The notes below the pieces were generated by a model that searched no databases, was not told where the DNA came from, and saw only the letters and a program-made list of their open reading frames with translations. This document shows, in pieces, positions 13,320-25,618 of a DNA stretch of 55,787 bases (position 1 is the first letter of the stretch; the number at the start of each line of letters is the position of its first letter). Source of the DNA: Catajapyx aquilonaris (lineage: Eukaryota); the NCBI GenBank assembly GCA_000934665.2, contig JYFJ02002512.1, positions 1-55,787 on the forward strand, given 5' to 3'. The translations under genes were made by a program, and so were the position numbers.

Positions 13320-16300
13320 GAGGAAGGTCCACTCAGATTTCTCCCTCGTGATTTTTTGTGAGAAGATTCCAATTTGTTAGTACAGTATAGGCGTCGAATG
13401 TAATCCTATGCCCTGCTAATTACAATGCTTGGGTCCCGCAATGAATGGTCCCTTTCATATCATTTCGCTTTCATCGCTCCGTGGAACTGTAGTCCACCTG
13501 CATTAATATTGTGAAACCTACATTACAATGTTCCAAATTGCTTGTAGCGATGGAAACGAACATCAGCTCCAGCCACGCCCGATAGAACTTACAAAGTCAA
13601 ATAGCATGTGCAAGAACAATTATTACGCCTGCTCTACTATAAATGTAAATTAAACTGGGCTGGACTGTATGCCCCGCGTGAATTCATCCAGGAAATATAA
13701 GAAAACAGCCAAAAAAAATCGGTGCCAGACTAAATGGGGAAGCCCTTGGACGCGACCAAACTGGTTATTGATGTTTGAAAATCTCATTGGCTCAGGCGAA
13801 TCCCCAACATCAAATTATTCAAATGTGCGGCGCATCGGCGCACTCTTCCCCTCTCCCACCCCCTCCTCTCAAAACCTGGCAATTATCTCCGCCGGAATGG
13901 AATTCTCAAATCCTAACCTGAATTCAATTCNNNCCCCCCCAAATCACAATCTTTCCCTCAGGGTGACCAACCCTTCCGAAAATCTTACTCGAGCCCCACA
14001 AATATCGCGCATTAATGATAAATAATGGCCAGTAATAAGCAGAGGGTGCTAATAGTTGTCCCTCGCCTGCTGCATGAAGAATTTGCCTAAAATTATATCC
14101 GTGCAGTTAATTGACACTAAGCTATGACGCGCGCCCCACTGGATGCTATCTTACCCAGATTGCGCCGCCATGAATTAGTTGCACAAAACCCCCGCCGGAT
14201 ATGAGCAGCAGACAAATAATGCCTTCTGATTACACCCAGCTCCGACGGGGGTTGAAATAATTTGGTCAGTCCCGCATGCGGAATGTAAACACGGTCTCCA
14301 CACCTGATTGGACGTGCCGATGGGAAGAGAAAAAAAAACACAGGTAAATTTATTTGTATGTACAGCCGGGAACATACTTCATCATTCTCTGCAAGTCCCC
14401 CAGATTATAAACTCCCGCTTCGTGCCTTCCGATTGACACAAACAGGCTGGCCATCAATCAAACCATGGACCCTCCATCTGCCGACCTCTCCCTGGACACC
14501 GATACCTTTGTGGATCCCAACACGACAACGCACCGTTTCACACGAACTTTCGGGGGTGCTGAGGGGGGGGACCCCTCCAGAATAAATCACGCACTACTGG
14601 GACACTCCCAAAAACTCTGCTCTCCGTGGGAAAAACGAAGAAGCAGCCTTGCCAATTCACGCCCATCGAAAGGGGTCAAAGCACCGCCGCAAGGGTGCTA
14701 ATGCCCACTTAGCACTCTCCGATCGAGGCAGGTAAATTCCTGGGGTCCGGTACACAAGCGACGACGTCGGATGACAAAGTGAGGATGCTGGGCCGCCTCG
14801 GAAATAATGCGATTAGACGAGGAAGTCTTTTGGGAGCCGAGCCCGTTACTTGTGATGCTGAGGACGGGCGGCGCACATGACAGAAACACATGACGCCGGC
14901 AGGACAGAAGCCAAGGAAACCGCAACTGCATCATGAGAACTACCTGCTTTAGAACCCGGAGCACACCTTTTGCCTGGAGGTGGACGACAATACGACCGAA
15001 ACTTGCAACTTCAATTAAACTACAGTAAAAGCCTGTCTTTGGCAGCACGAGTTTGACCTGACATGAGCTGATACAACCGGGCTAGCAAATGTGATTATCG
15101 GCCGATGACTAAATTTATGATATTTTTTCTCGCGCCGCTGAGTCTTCCCCCAGCGTGCACTTTCGACCCTGTTGACTCATGGTCCCATGGTGATAAGACC
15201 CTAATTTCAAGCCCATTTTCACTGGGTGGCAGATGTGCAACCCCCATTGGGCTTACAGGACTCCAAAGATCACTCTGCACGTATATATATAGGCATACAT
15301 ATTCTTGTTTACTATTGCTATCCGAACAGACTGATTTTATTGCTTTAAAATTCTCACACGAATTCGATTTCTTTGAGATACAAGAGGCCCACCTACATTC
15401 AGGCTTGTAAACCAAACAAATTTTTATTGTGCTAAAACCCTTACATTGTGGTCAGATAGGCTTCACAAAAGTATAAAAGATTCGCCATTGACTTCCCAAT
15501 TGTGCGACCCACCTTCTTAAGTAGGACTTGCAGCAATGCTGCTGTGTACCCGCCCCCGAGTACAACGTCCTTGCGTCTGGTTCGCCATAAAATAAACCAG
15601 ATCCCAGGTACAACAAACCAGTTGGCGAATTGAGGCGCATAATTAGACAACCCCGCTCTAAAATGCACCGCAAAACTGTTCCTGACCCACCAGGGGTTGC
15701 TGGCAATATAGAGGCGGTGTTGACCTCTCTCTCCCCAGATGCAAAACCCGAGTCTAGTGATCCCGGAAGTCGAGCTCTTCTCTGGCAATTTAGCCAGAAC
15801 CGATTCTTCATTCCGCGTGCCTAGTCGACCCCCAGCGTTTATATTAAGTCGCGACCCGATAATTCGACCCGTGGAACCCAAAAATTATCGTCAGACCTAT
15901 TTAGACGTGGAGGTATGACTACCTAATCGACTTTCTAGCCCTCTCAAAATTCACTAACACTCCAGATATCGATCCGGTGCCCTCATAAACGTCACGAATT
16001 ATTTGTATCGCCCCCGGTGTTAACAACTTATTCCGTTTTTATACAGGAAAATTATGCCAAGTTCACCCTGACAAATGGCTGTAATATACGCGACATCAAG
16101 AGTTTCCAGAAAATGACAGCAACGGATCATCAATAAGCGGAGGGTCGGCATGCTTTCCATACAAAAATAACCCTTATAAATATTCAAGAAGGCAGGCTGA
16201 TAAATTCCAAGTAGGATTTTTACTAGCTCCCCCTCCCCCCCCCCCTTTCAAAAATGGAGGCTAGAAAATTTGTCTCTTCCATGAAAACGACGACGCTTAA

Positions 16301-16422
16301 TTTGAAAGAGAGATGGAAAGTTTCGCACCCCGTTTTTTTTCCAAGCATCATTATGGAATTGAAAAGAAAATGCCCAGCCTTCGACGCCCAAATCGGCTTA
16401 CCTTCTTCCTTACTTTTTTCCT

Positions 16423-16446
16423 NNNNNNNGGGGGGGGGGGGGGGGG
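16423..16446. other. Assembly gap (7 N) adjoining a poly-G run
   Basis: N at 16423-16429 followed by a G run. Similar Ns lie beside G/C runs at 13931-13933, 17496 and 48060. Confidence 0.95.
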
Positions 16447-19400
16447 CAGGCAGGGATTTTTCCCACAATGAATGCGAAGCCTGCTCGTTTAGTTCTGGGA
16501 ATTGCCTCGGAACGGCGTCGTTGCAGCTGACAGACGGGATCCGGCCCTGGATTTTGGTCCACGATCCGCAGCCTCCCTCCCCAAAAAACATAAGAGAACC
16601 TGCCCCGGTATTGCACAGATGCAACTGCGCATCGTCCCAAAATGCACATTTCTTTTTTCCTCTCTCATTTCCAGAGAAACGCAAAAAAAAATCCCATCAC
16701 AGGATGAAAATCCAGGCTCCAGTGCAAAATCAAAGCCACGTTTGGGATTATCTGCGAGCATGAGCGTGCAAATATTTGCCCGCGTGACATCAGAGGCAAG
16801 TTACACGTATGTAGGATGGCAGGCATGGGAGGGTGGGGGAGGCTAATATCCACAAGGCAGCAATGTGCTGACCCCTCCAGCCCTAGATGGGGCGCGTCAC
16901 TCACTCGAATCCAATCTGCATCCCCGGAAAACTGCGATGCCCAGGGTGGGCCCTTTTTACACCTGTCAGAAAACGGGCTTAGCTAAGCCCCAAGCCCAAG
17001 TAAACATTTTGGTCAGAACCGGAGGACCACATTGCATTATTCATCCTGTCCATTGGCCCGGTTCAAAAATATATGTATATACGAGACGTGATAAAGCAGT
17101 GTTCAACCAACCCATAAAAGCTGAGGATGAACATTGTTAGAAGTTTGGCGAGCATTTGCGAAATTCTCTTCTAACTGGCGTGAGAGGAAAAACTTGCTCA
17201 GGTCGCACCTGGAATGGCCAAATATTTAGTGGTCCACCTGCCGAATCTTTTTACAACTTTTGCGTCAGTCGTGAACCAGTCTCCCAAGACTGCGATAAGA
17301 AAAAGGTGCAAGTCGGCCGCAATGGGGGAAGCCTGCGAGTAATTTCGAGGGAGGTTCCCCAAGCCCCTAATCTGGGGCTGGGGCCTCCAAATGGCACTTT
17401 TCACGATTTGCGGTCAAAAGCATCGGGGCTCGGCGGATCTCGGTTTTAGGGCTGCGATGCAAGGAGGGGAGGGGAAGGGGGGGGGGGGGGGGGGGNCCTT
17501 CTCCGTTCCTCGGGACCGGTTAATTAAAAATTCCAGCTCCTTATTGGGCAATCAAGCCCCCATAAAGGGTTCGCAGATCATTAGAAAAGTTGGCTCTTTC
17601 TCAATGTAGGGGGGTTGTCCGGGCAGGCAACGGATTTTGGGGCCTGATTATGATCCCGAATTGCACCGGAGGACCGAACCCTTAACCTCACGAGATGCAG
17701 ATTTGGTCATGTCGTGCCGGTACCTTTTTATGTACGTATTGTCCTATCCCCCAACGTATTAATGCACTTGGCTTGCTTTCCATACACACTCTCCCACGCT
17801 AGCATTCCCCGAGCCCAAAAATATAAAGAGGGTCAAATGCTCTCCCCAAGGGCGGCGGGGGGATACCATTCACAAAAGCCTGAGATGTAGGAATGAATGA
17901 ATGAAGCCGTCCAATTTTTCAGCCAGGCCAAGGGCGCCCAGAAAGTGGATGCCTGGCTTCTCCCTCCCCTGAAACAAAGAGCTGGAGGCAACTTTTTTTT
18001 TTCACTTCATCACCACCTCTTCTTTTTTTTCAAGACCTACACAACGCTCCTCGGCAACCTCAGGGGGTGAGGAAAAATCACTCCCAAGGAGCCCATTCCG
18101 CCTCTCCCCTACTACGAACGATACTTCCAGGATGGATGTTTTCCAGTTGTTTTACCACGGTCGAGCAAAGCTTGGAGTGCTTGCAAACATCTGAGCGCAA
18201 TTGCAGCTCCCAGCAAATGATTAACTTCTGTATCATTAACGACCCCGTGAAGGTCGTTTCGTGGGTGACCCGCATGCCCCGCTGCAACTTTCCGCATTCC
18301 CTTCCTTTTAATCCCTCAGGCCAGCAGCAAGCGCAAGCCAACAGTCTCTTTGGTCCATTGTCCTGGACAATATTACAAGGCTAATCCTCTTTGTGGTGGC
18401 GGAGGTTCCTCAGTCCTCTCCGAAAGCCTCGTGTCGCGACCTCCACAAAAGAGAGGGCATCCTCTTACTTCTTTCTGCTCGCCATGTCCCAAAGGAATTG
18501 ATTTAGGCCTAGCCGGGTCAGGGGCCATAGAAAAAAAAAATCTGGAGAAAAAGGGCAGTTTTCTCCCCAAGACGTCTGGAGGGTCACAAAAGACTAGCCG
18601 GCTGCTATCAGTCCCCAAAAACGTGTTTGGATGTTGAAAATTACGAGTGGGTCGCGTCATCGGGATTCCATCTTGGGGCGGTGTGTTTTCAGGAGAAAAG
18701 TGTGGCCAGTGTGAACGACCCAATAAATAAGCGAGTAAACTGTTACACGACGGGTTTGTCACGTGCTGCTTATTCTGCACAAGGCAGGTACGTATCTAAA
18801 CAAAGAGAAGCTGGACGTCGCCCGGAACATGCTGGCCAAGAGCCGCCCGGAACTAAACAAAGAGAGACAATTAATTCCAATTGTATTGCAGAAGCACTTG
18901 CGGGGGCCTGGCCAGTCTCGAGGTCCCACAATTCAACAAATGGTCTTTGGTTGACTTAGGAGAAGGGCCGGCTCCTATTATTGCAATGTTGGCTCAAGCT
19001 CCCAGTCTGCAGAAAACGAGTTTGCTTCCATTTGCCCCCACCGAGTTTGTCTGCTGCTGGGGAAAAAAAGACTTCCCCTCCGGCATTCATTGGCTCTGAA
19101 TAATTCCGGGCAACTCTCTTTTCCGGAGCTTAAAAAGTACTGGGTTCGACGCCCTGCTTGGCAACTGGATCAGCTGTTGGGAGAATCCTAATCCTCTCGA
19201 TTCATCGCCCTCGTTAAATTTTTTTCTTTTTTTTTTTGTAAAACTCTTTCAAGGACCTGCCTCTGCCGCCTTCTTGCACTACTGGTCATGGCCAAGATGT
19301 AGAGCGTGAACCAGTTCAAGCCTTCTCCCGGATTCTAACATTTTGCACTTTCGCCTCGTGTGTGGTGTTGCAACCCGCTTCGTTTTCTCCCCCGGTTGTT

Positions 19401-22400
19401 ACTGGAGCAAAACGCACCTGGTATCATGGCAGAAGGTAGTCAACCGCACCCGGAAGTGCGTGCAGATTGCAAGCTCGTCTGTTACGAGAGAGGCTTTTGC
19501 GCATCGATTGTTGGCAAGGCGAATTAGCCAGAGGGAGTACAGGCAATCGAGCGTCACGGTGAAAAGCGGCCCGGCATGTCCCCGGAACAATACGGGGGAT
19601 TTCAGCCTTTAAGATGCAGGGGGGATTCTGTGGTGCAAAACACGCGTTTACGCTACATTTGGTGTGTACCGTCACGGCTGATGCAACAATAAAGTGCCAA
19701 GGAGGCAAGGATAAAGTCCTGCAATCATAACGCCCACGGTTACCAAATCTTTACAACCCAACATTAGAGTGTCCTTTGTTTTCAATTGGCAATAAAATGT
19801 CTCAAACCTCCATCGTTTAAAAACCGGACTTTTGTCATTCCCATTCCAGATTTGAATAATATGCTCGTTTGCAATTAAGCTATATCTAGGAAGCGAGCTG
19901 GGGATGCCATCACACCAGCTGCCTTACATGTTTACAGCCAATTAGGCCTACTCCAACTTGCGCAATCTCCGTGTGAAAGTTGATCTCTAGAGAGGAATCC
20001 CGTTACACATTCGGAGAAGACATCACTTGTCACAGCCTCGGAAGACCTATTGTTCGCATTAAAGACACCGCCATTTTTTTATACGCACCGTATATACCAC
20101 CCGACAGCCTTTTTTTTGGGACCGAGTGAAAGTTGCACGAAAATCGGCTTCCTATATTTCGTTTCGTCTTGACACGTCTCGTAAAAACGATACTCCACAA
20201 TTGCATGACGCTCCTGGTGATTGAAATCTCACTCCCTTTTTGCGAGGTCCCACGTTTTCTCTCTTACCGAGGAAAGGAATTCTGTTATGTGGCGAACCTC
20301 CAAAGCTGGTCTGTTTAAACTCCATTCTCCGTTTGCACCAGATTGCCTCACACTCCAGTACAATTCTCCAAGTGTGGCTCATTTGTCTGCTAGCTTCTGA
20401 GACGTAAACCTGTTTGCCGGTTTGGGAATGCGCGCACCAGTTGCCTAAAGCGGGATCACGGAATAACCGGAATCCCACCCCCATAACGGAACTACCTGTG
20501 TTATAACAGGAACCGTAGATATCACCGCAGTATTATCGAAACGTGACGGCTACACCCTACCTACGCACTCATGTACCTGAAGGTTATATTGGAAGGCATG
20601 TCATCCACCCTTTGAAGGCGGCTCTAAAAAGAAGAAAAAGAAACCCACACTCGGGGCAGGTTGGGCCTACACAGGGTCACGGCCACAGGCTCATTTGGGC
20701 CTCCCCAAGGACACGGCTTTTCCTCCCACCGAATGCCATTCATCCTCTTTTCCCTTAGATTGCCACGGGCAGGTGCCATCAAGGTATCTGCACGTCTCGG
20801 AGGAAAAAATATTAAAGAAAAGGCGGGACCACTTTTCGTCCGTTACTTTATGCAAGGACAACCATGGCCACTTTCAGTTCTTTTGTAATGTAAGCATTCA
20901 GGCTCTTCCTACTACCCAAATTTCACACAATGACTCATTCAAGCCGGCACAATGTGTGACAAAACTTGCGACAAAATAGAAACTTGGTCGTAATATGCCT
21001 CGATGACGTGCTCTCCTTGTACTACATTTTGTGGCACAGGATGCACCAATGTTAGCCGTTATAACATTTTGCTCTAATAAATCCATACCATATTATTAAA
21101 CTGTTCCAATATAGGCTGGCATGGCAATACAATCAATTTGAACATATTCGCGAATTCAGCTAATGCTTCGTTAGCAGCTCACGGGCACGGTCAGATGAAT
21201 TTAGCATAAACTATGAGGCCCCCACTCATTACATGCAACATTTATGTACTCTGCCAGTACATTATCAACTGTCACCCACATGTTTCACTGCATATACTTC
21301 ACTGCATCCAATTACGCTGTCATGCTTTCCACTATTTTTTAACTGGGCTAATACAAAGAGGCTTTCAGCATAAAAGCCAGCTTTAATAATTTCGCTACAT
21401 CTCTTTTACTGCGTCAACAATTATACCAACTTTGTATTTCCCATGACCACAGTGCATCAAATAATACTACCTCATTATGGACCGCAGGGGAGGTAATTTT
21501 TTTTTAAATACCTGCCTCCCTATATAACAGCCCGGGCTTTCCCTCCAAACTGTCACAAAACTCGCAAACTATTTGCCAGCCCCAGTAATTTGGGTGACCA
21601 GAATCACGTAACAATTGATCGCTCTATTGCTAATAATAACAATAAATATTGATCAGTCCAATACATATTGATGATGAAGCCCGCAAAACGTGCGCCTGCC
21701 TGGCCAAATAAACGCATCCAGCCACGCTATGCCATACACCACTCCCAACTAATCAAGAATGTGGCCTCAAGTCTGCACTGCCCCAGACACATCCCTAAAT
21801 ATAGAACTCAGTGTAATAAACCTTTGAGCGAGTCATTCCCGACCCCTTTCAAACATGGATGGAAATAATAAACGGGGCCAGGGCAGCCGACAAAAAAAAG
21901 GGCCAATGGCACGTGAGACAATAACAATTACCCCCTGTCCGTGAGCGATAAAAAACAGCGACACCGATGTACGAGCCAGGCTTTCTTGAGTGTCCCTCCC
22001 CAGAAGTGGACAATGGACTCGGACCCGGTTCGCGTCTCGACGCATCCGGGCTTTTCGATCACAAGTCCATACAAAGAGTTTCCAAGTGGGGGATGGCAGA
22101 GTTCTCCCCCTTTTCCAAAGGTCCTTTTGTCCCGGGCAAAAGGGGAGGACCTCTGTCCCCTGGTCTGGCTCGGTCCCCCAACTTTTTTTTTTAACCGACG
22201 ACTCCAAATATTGTGAGATATTCCTGCTAGAAAGTTTTTAAATAAAACCAGGGCTATAAAAACCGGAGGTATTTTACAGTCCATTTCCTCCACCCGGATG
22301 GAAGTTACAAGAAGGATCGATCGTAATCATGTAAGTCTCTTCCTCTACCGGAAGGCAAAATGGGCCGATTTGGAGCCCACCAGATTTTGTGAGCGGACCA

Positions 22401-24287
22401 ATTATTAACCAGCTTCCTCTCGCGCAATTACTTCTGTCCCGTAATTTTCCCCTCGCCCGTGACATACAGGCCACCTTGCAAGAAAATTGGGGTGCCCCCC
22501 CCCCTCCCCCTCCCACCGCAGTATAATTTTTGGTCTAAATAAATTAACTGCCCCTGCTAGGAGAGGCCTACCTCCGCCCCCGACAGATAATCCTGGCTTT
22601 AAAAAGAGATGGAACCGGGCTTGCGTAACAACCACAGCGCACTTCCAGAACCTTTCTCCACGGATTAGCCTGCCTGGCAGCCTCTCATCCAGCTCGTTTC
22701 CATGGATACTCTTGCTCCTCGGTTGACATGTACTCTCTGCTCAAGCTACCGAGCAACAGTCGACGTCCACCAGAAGAAGGCGGCACGAGGAAGGGTGAAA
22801 AAGGTACAAGGAAACGCTGCCAGATTGGGCCTGAATATTCCAAGCATTGCACACCACCATGTCCTTGCCCAGGAATTTTCGAAACCAAATGCCACCGGTT
22901 GCAGTGAAAGTAGCTGTTATTAACAACAGCGACCTCACAGTTGCAGCAGCCATGAACTAGAAACGCAGGTAATTAGCGACCCTCATTTCTCAATGACACC
23001 TTTTACAAATGGAAGTAATAAGTACCTGTGGCGGACCAAGACGACGGGGGGAAAAAAACAGGCAGAGAAGAAAAAGGTCATTGCAGAGAGGGAAATTGGT
23101 TGGGACTGACCACCGACACTAGGAACCCTGGAGGGGGATATGGCCCTTTTCTTCCACGCCGCCGAACCGGGGAAATGAGTTTTGAACCCAACTGGTCCTT
23201 TTCACGATCGGGCTTCGGACAGTCCCTAGCTCCAAATGAAGTTGGGAGAACCGCGGAGAAAAGGGTCACGCTGGATGGACGCCAATCCATTGTTAACCCA
23301 GCCCACACACGCAGTTACAACTCTGAAATGTGTGTAGTTTTCTACCCAAAATATTAACGAACCTTTTCTTATGGGGAATTTTGTAAGGAATCTCTCTTCA
23401 CCCCTTGGTTCCCCCGTCGTGCAACAGCGATTGAAGCAAAAACCCCTTTTTTTTAAAGTCACGCCGGAAGGCAGAGGGTGAAAATTACACCGGAAAATAT
23501 GCCTGGCTTAGGGTGCCTAAGAGCTCGGGAAAGTTATTACCTAAAAGTATTCCTTGCCTCAAAAAAATGGCTTCTCACGTAGCTCGCACCCCACCTTAGC
23601 ATGCATCCTTTTCTTGTGTTTTTTGGGCTTCTCCTCCCACCTGTCAGTCAGGCAACAGTCCACTTGAAGTGGCCTCATTCAAGGAAGAGCCAAGGGCTGC
23701 ATTCCAGGCTTTCAACTGGAGGCTACCGAAATGGGCCATCAGGGCTGAACAGGCCAGGTAGGAAAAACCGCGGGCCGCTTCTTTTCAAGCCGGACAGAAT
23801 GGTTCTCACGCATCAGTCACTGAGAAAGTCACGATCACAGGTGCCCCATATTGCCTTGACGTCTACATTCTCCCTTCCTAAAAAATTGGCCGTTGTAACT
23901 CGCAGGGGTCCAGCATTTGTCGCGTCGTTACTGCAGATTTTTTTTCTCTCTTCCGTCCTTTACTCCCTATAGCTGATCTCATCAACCTTGACAAATTGCC
24001 AAAGTTTCTCGCTTTTGGTTTGAACTAGAGGAGACTGAGACAACTTTTCCAATCAGCAACTTTTCTTGGTCGATTTTCGGTGACTCTCCGCAATACAAGT
24101 CTCCTCCGATAAGCTATACAGGATGGAAGGAAATTGCAACTTTCACTTTCGCAGTAGCTGCGATAATCGACACCCCCGGAGAAAGAGACTTGCTTAAGAA
24201 CTCTCAAGTGCTTCATTCTTTCAAAAAAAATTTAACTGGCTTGTCGCATATGCTCCCGGTACAGATCATGCAAATATTTGTACTCAC

Positions 24288-25049
24288 CGTGGTGACGCAT
24301 GGAGGGCTTGGCGAGATGAAATCCAACCCACGGCTGCCGTTCCCCAGGAAGCACGTCTGTATGTTCTGCATAAAGGTCCTTCTGATCAGCTTGAGGGAAT
24401 ATATGCAGAGGCCGCTGTGTTGCGACGGCTTGCTCGAGATGTCTCCTTCAGTGTTGTCACTCTCAGCAAACACGGCGTACAGCACGTCGTCTTGGGCTGT
24501 GATGCCCAGGTCAGAGGCCAGGTCGGATCCGGGCTTGCCCACGAAGGCAGCCTGCACCAGATTGTACTTGCGGCCTTCACTGGCGGTGCAATCCAGAGGA
24601 ATCTCCGTGTACGAGTGGTAGTGCTCGTCCTCTTGACACACGCGTACCAGCTTGGAGATGAAGGGAGAAGGGTTGGTGTACTTCATCTGTGTGGTCAGGA
24701 AGTAGCTGAATCCTCCCGAGCTGAACCCGTATATGTAATGGATTGGGTAACGCTCTCGCTCCAGGGAGTTGACGAACATGCGGGTGCCGGTGGTCACGTC
24801 CGTCTTGGCGATCTGGAACATGTTGTCCTTCTCCAGGCTGCGGCTGGACACCGCCGGAACCTCCGAGCGATACGGAGAGTTGCCAGTGTATGTCACGCCT
24901 ACGTACATGACCTGAGTCATCGGGGGCTTGGGCGGCCCCGGGGCAATAAAGGCCACAGTCGACGCCGTGGAATTGTTGGCCACAACCGCTTCCTTCACTT
25001 TCCTCAACTCCTCCGAAATGTTACTCAAGCTCCTGGTCACACATATACC
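24288..25049 (-). CDS. PlexA: Plexin A, second coding exon (254 aa): Sema domain core
   Basis: Acceptor CCCCTGCAG|GGT joins in frame to give GSLFQ|GICVTRSL. Motifs include STVAFIAPGPP, YVGVTYTGNSPYRSEVPAVSSRSL, YGFSSGGFSYFLTTQ, SKLVRVCQED, YHSYTEIPLDC, YNLVQAAFVGKPG, LCIYSL and GLDFISPSPPC. These match arthropod PlexA as recalled. Donor is ACG|GTGAGT at 24288/24287. Confidence 0.97.
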
Positions 25050-25135
25050 CTGCAGGGGACGACCACAAACAAATTATACATTTCAAATATTACCACATTA
25101 CAGATAAACTTCGTAGCAAATAGGAGTCAACTGAC
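25050..25135 (-). other. 86-bp phase-0 GT-AG intron of Plexin A
   Basis: GTCAGT...CCCCTGCAG; removing it restores the conserved GSLFQGIC motif. Confidence 0.93.
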
Positions 25136-25528
25136 CTGGAAAAGGCTGCCACAGACAATCAGCCTGGAAGAAGTGTAGTCGATGACCAGAGCCTTGTTGG
25201 TGTTCTCCATCTGCCTCTTGGTTGATGTCGGAGGGCAGTCGATGGCGGAGCACTCCAAGGAATCATCTTCAGGTCCTGTCTGCACAGCCACGACCGTTTC
25301 GAGCGAGGGCGACAGCTGGTACAGGCGATTCACTGCCCCAATGTACACTCGCCCCGTGTGCTTGTCCACCACCAAGTGGTTGTACTTATCGCTTCCTGGA
25401 TCGCCAAAGATGGCCACGATGTCATTAGACACGACCACTTGTAGCACATGAAGGAGTAGAAGTGCCAGAAGCCGAACCGCCGAAGGTTGAAGGGGACCTC
25501 TGCACGGCTCCCTCGCCCAGTGCACCAT
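25136..25528 (-). CDS. PlexA: Plexin A, first coding exon (131 aa): signal peptide and start of Sema domain
   Basis: ATG at 25528 sits in strong Kozak context (GTCGCCATGG) with an in-frame TGA upstream at 25552-25550. The hydrophobic signal core is LLALLLLHVLQVVVS. Plexin Sema motifs follow: NHLVVDKHTGRVYIGAVNRLYQLSP, TGPEDDSLEC, NKALVID, RLIVCGSLFQ. Donor is CAG|GTCAGT at 25136/25135. Confidence 0.96.
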
Positions 25529-25561
25529 GGCGACCACCTCCCCGTCACGTCATAGGGATTG
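25529..25561 (-). other. PlexA: 5' UTR portion of the first coding exon of Plexin A
   Basis: Acceptor-like GTCTTATTTTGCAG ends at 25562, 33 nt upstream of the ATG, implying an upstream non-coding exon. Confidence 0.7.
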
Positions 25562-25618
25562 CTGCAAAATAAGACACACACTAATTAATTTTTTTATAAA
25601 AAAATCGGCCGGGGCCAA

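Larger units (their letters stand above)
6134..24287 (-). other. 18,154-bp phase-0 GT-AG intron of Plexin A
   Basis: GTGAGT donor and TTTTTTGCCATTGCAG acceptor. The flanking exons are contiguous in the protein, so no constitutive coding exon is missing. Confidence 0.9.

Noticed and set aside
15800..15915. Possible pogo/Tigger-like MITE remnant (also about 20060-20192)
   Set aside because: Only vague motif resemblance; no paired TIRs or target-site duplication could be demonstrated.
16397..16406. Isolated consensus minus-strand splice donors (GAAG|GTAAGC here, GG|GTAAGT near 54309)
   Set aside because: No associated acceptor or exon evidence; such matches are expected by chance in 56 kb.
24417..25178. 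253-aa plus-strand ORF
   Set aside because: Antisense shadow of the GC3-rich Plexin A exon, with no recognisable domain and no convincing start.
25529..25537. ORF-track start at GTG 25537 (MVAM...)
   Set aside because: In a eukaryote the ATG at 25528 in optimal Kozak context is the credible start.
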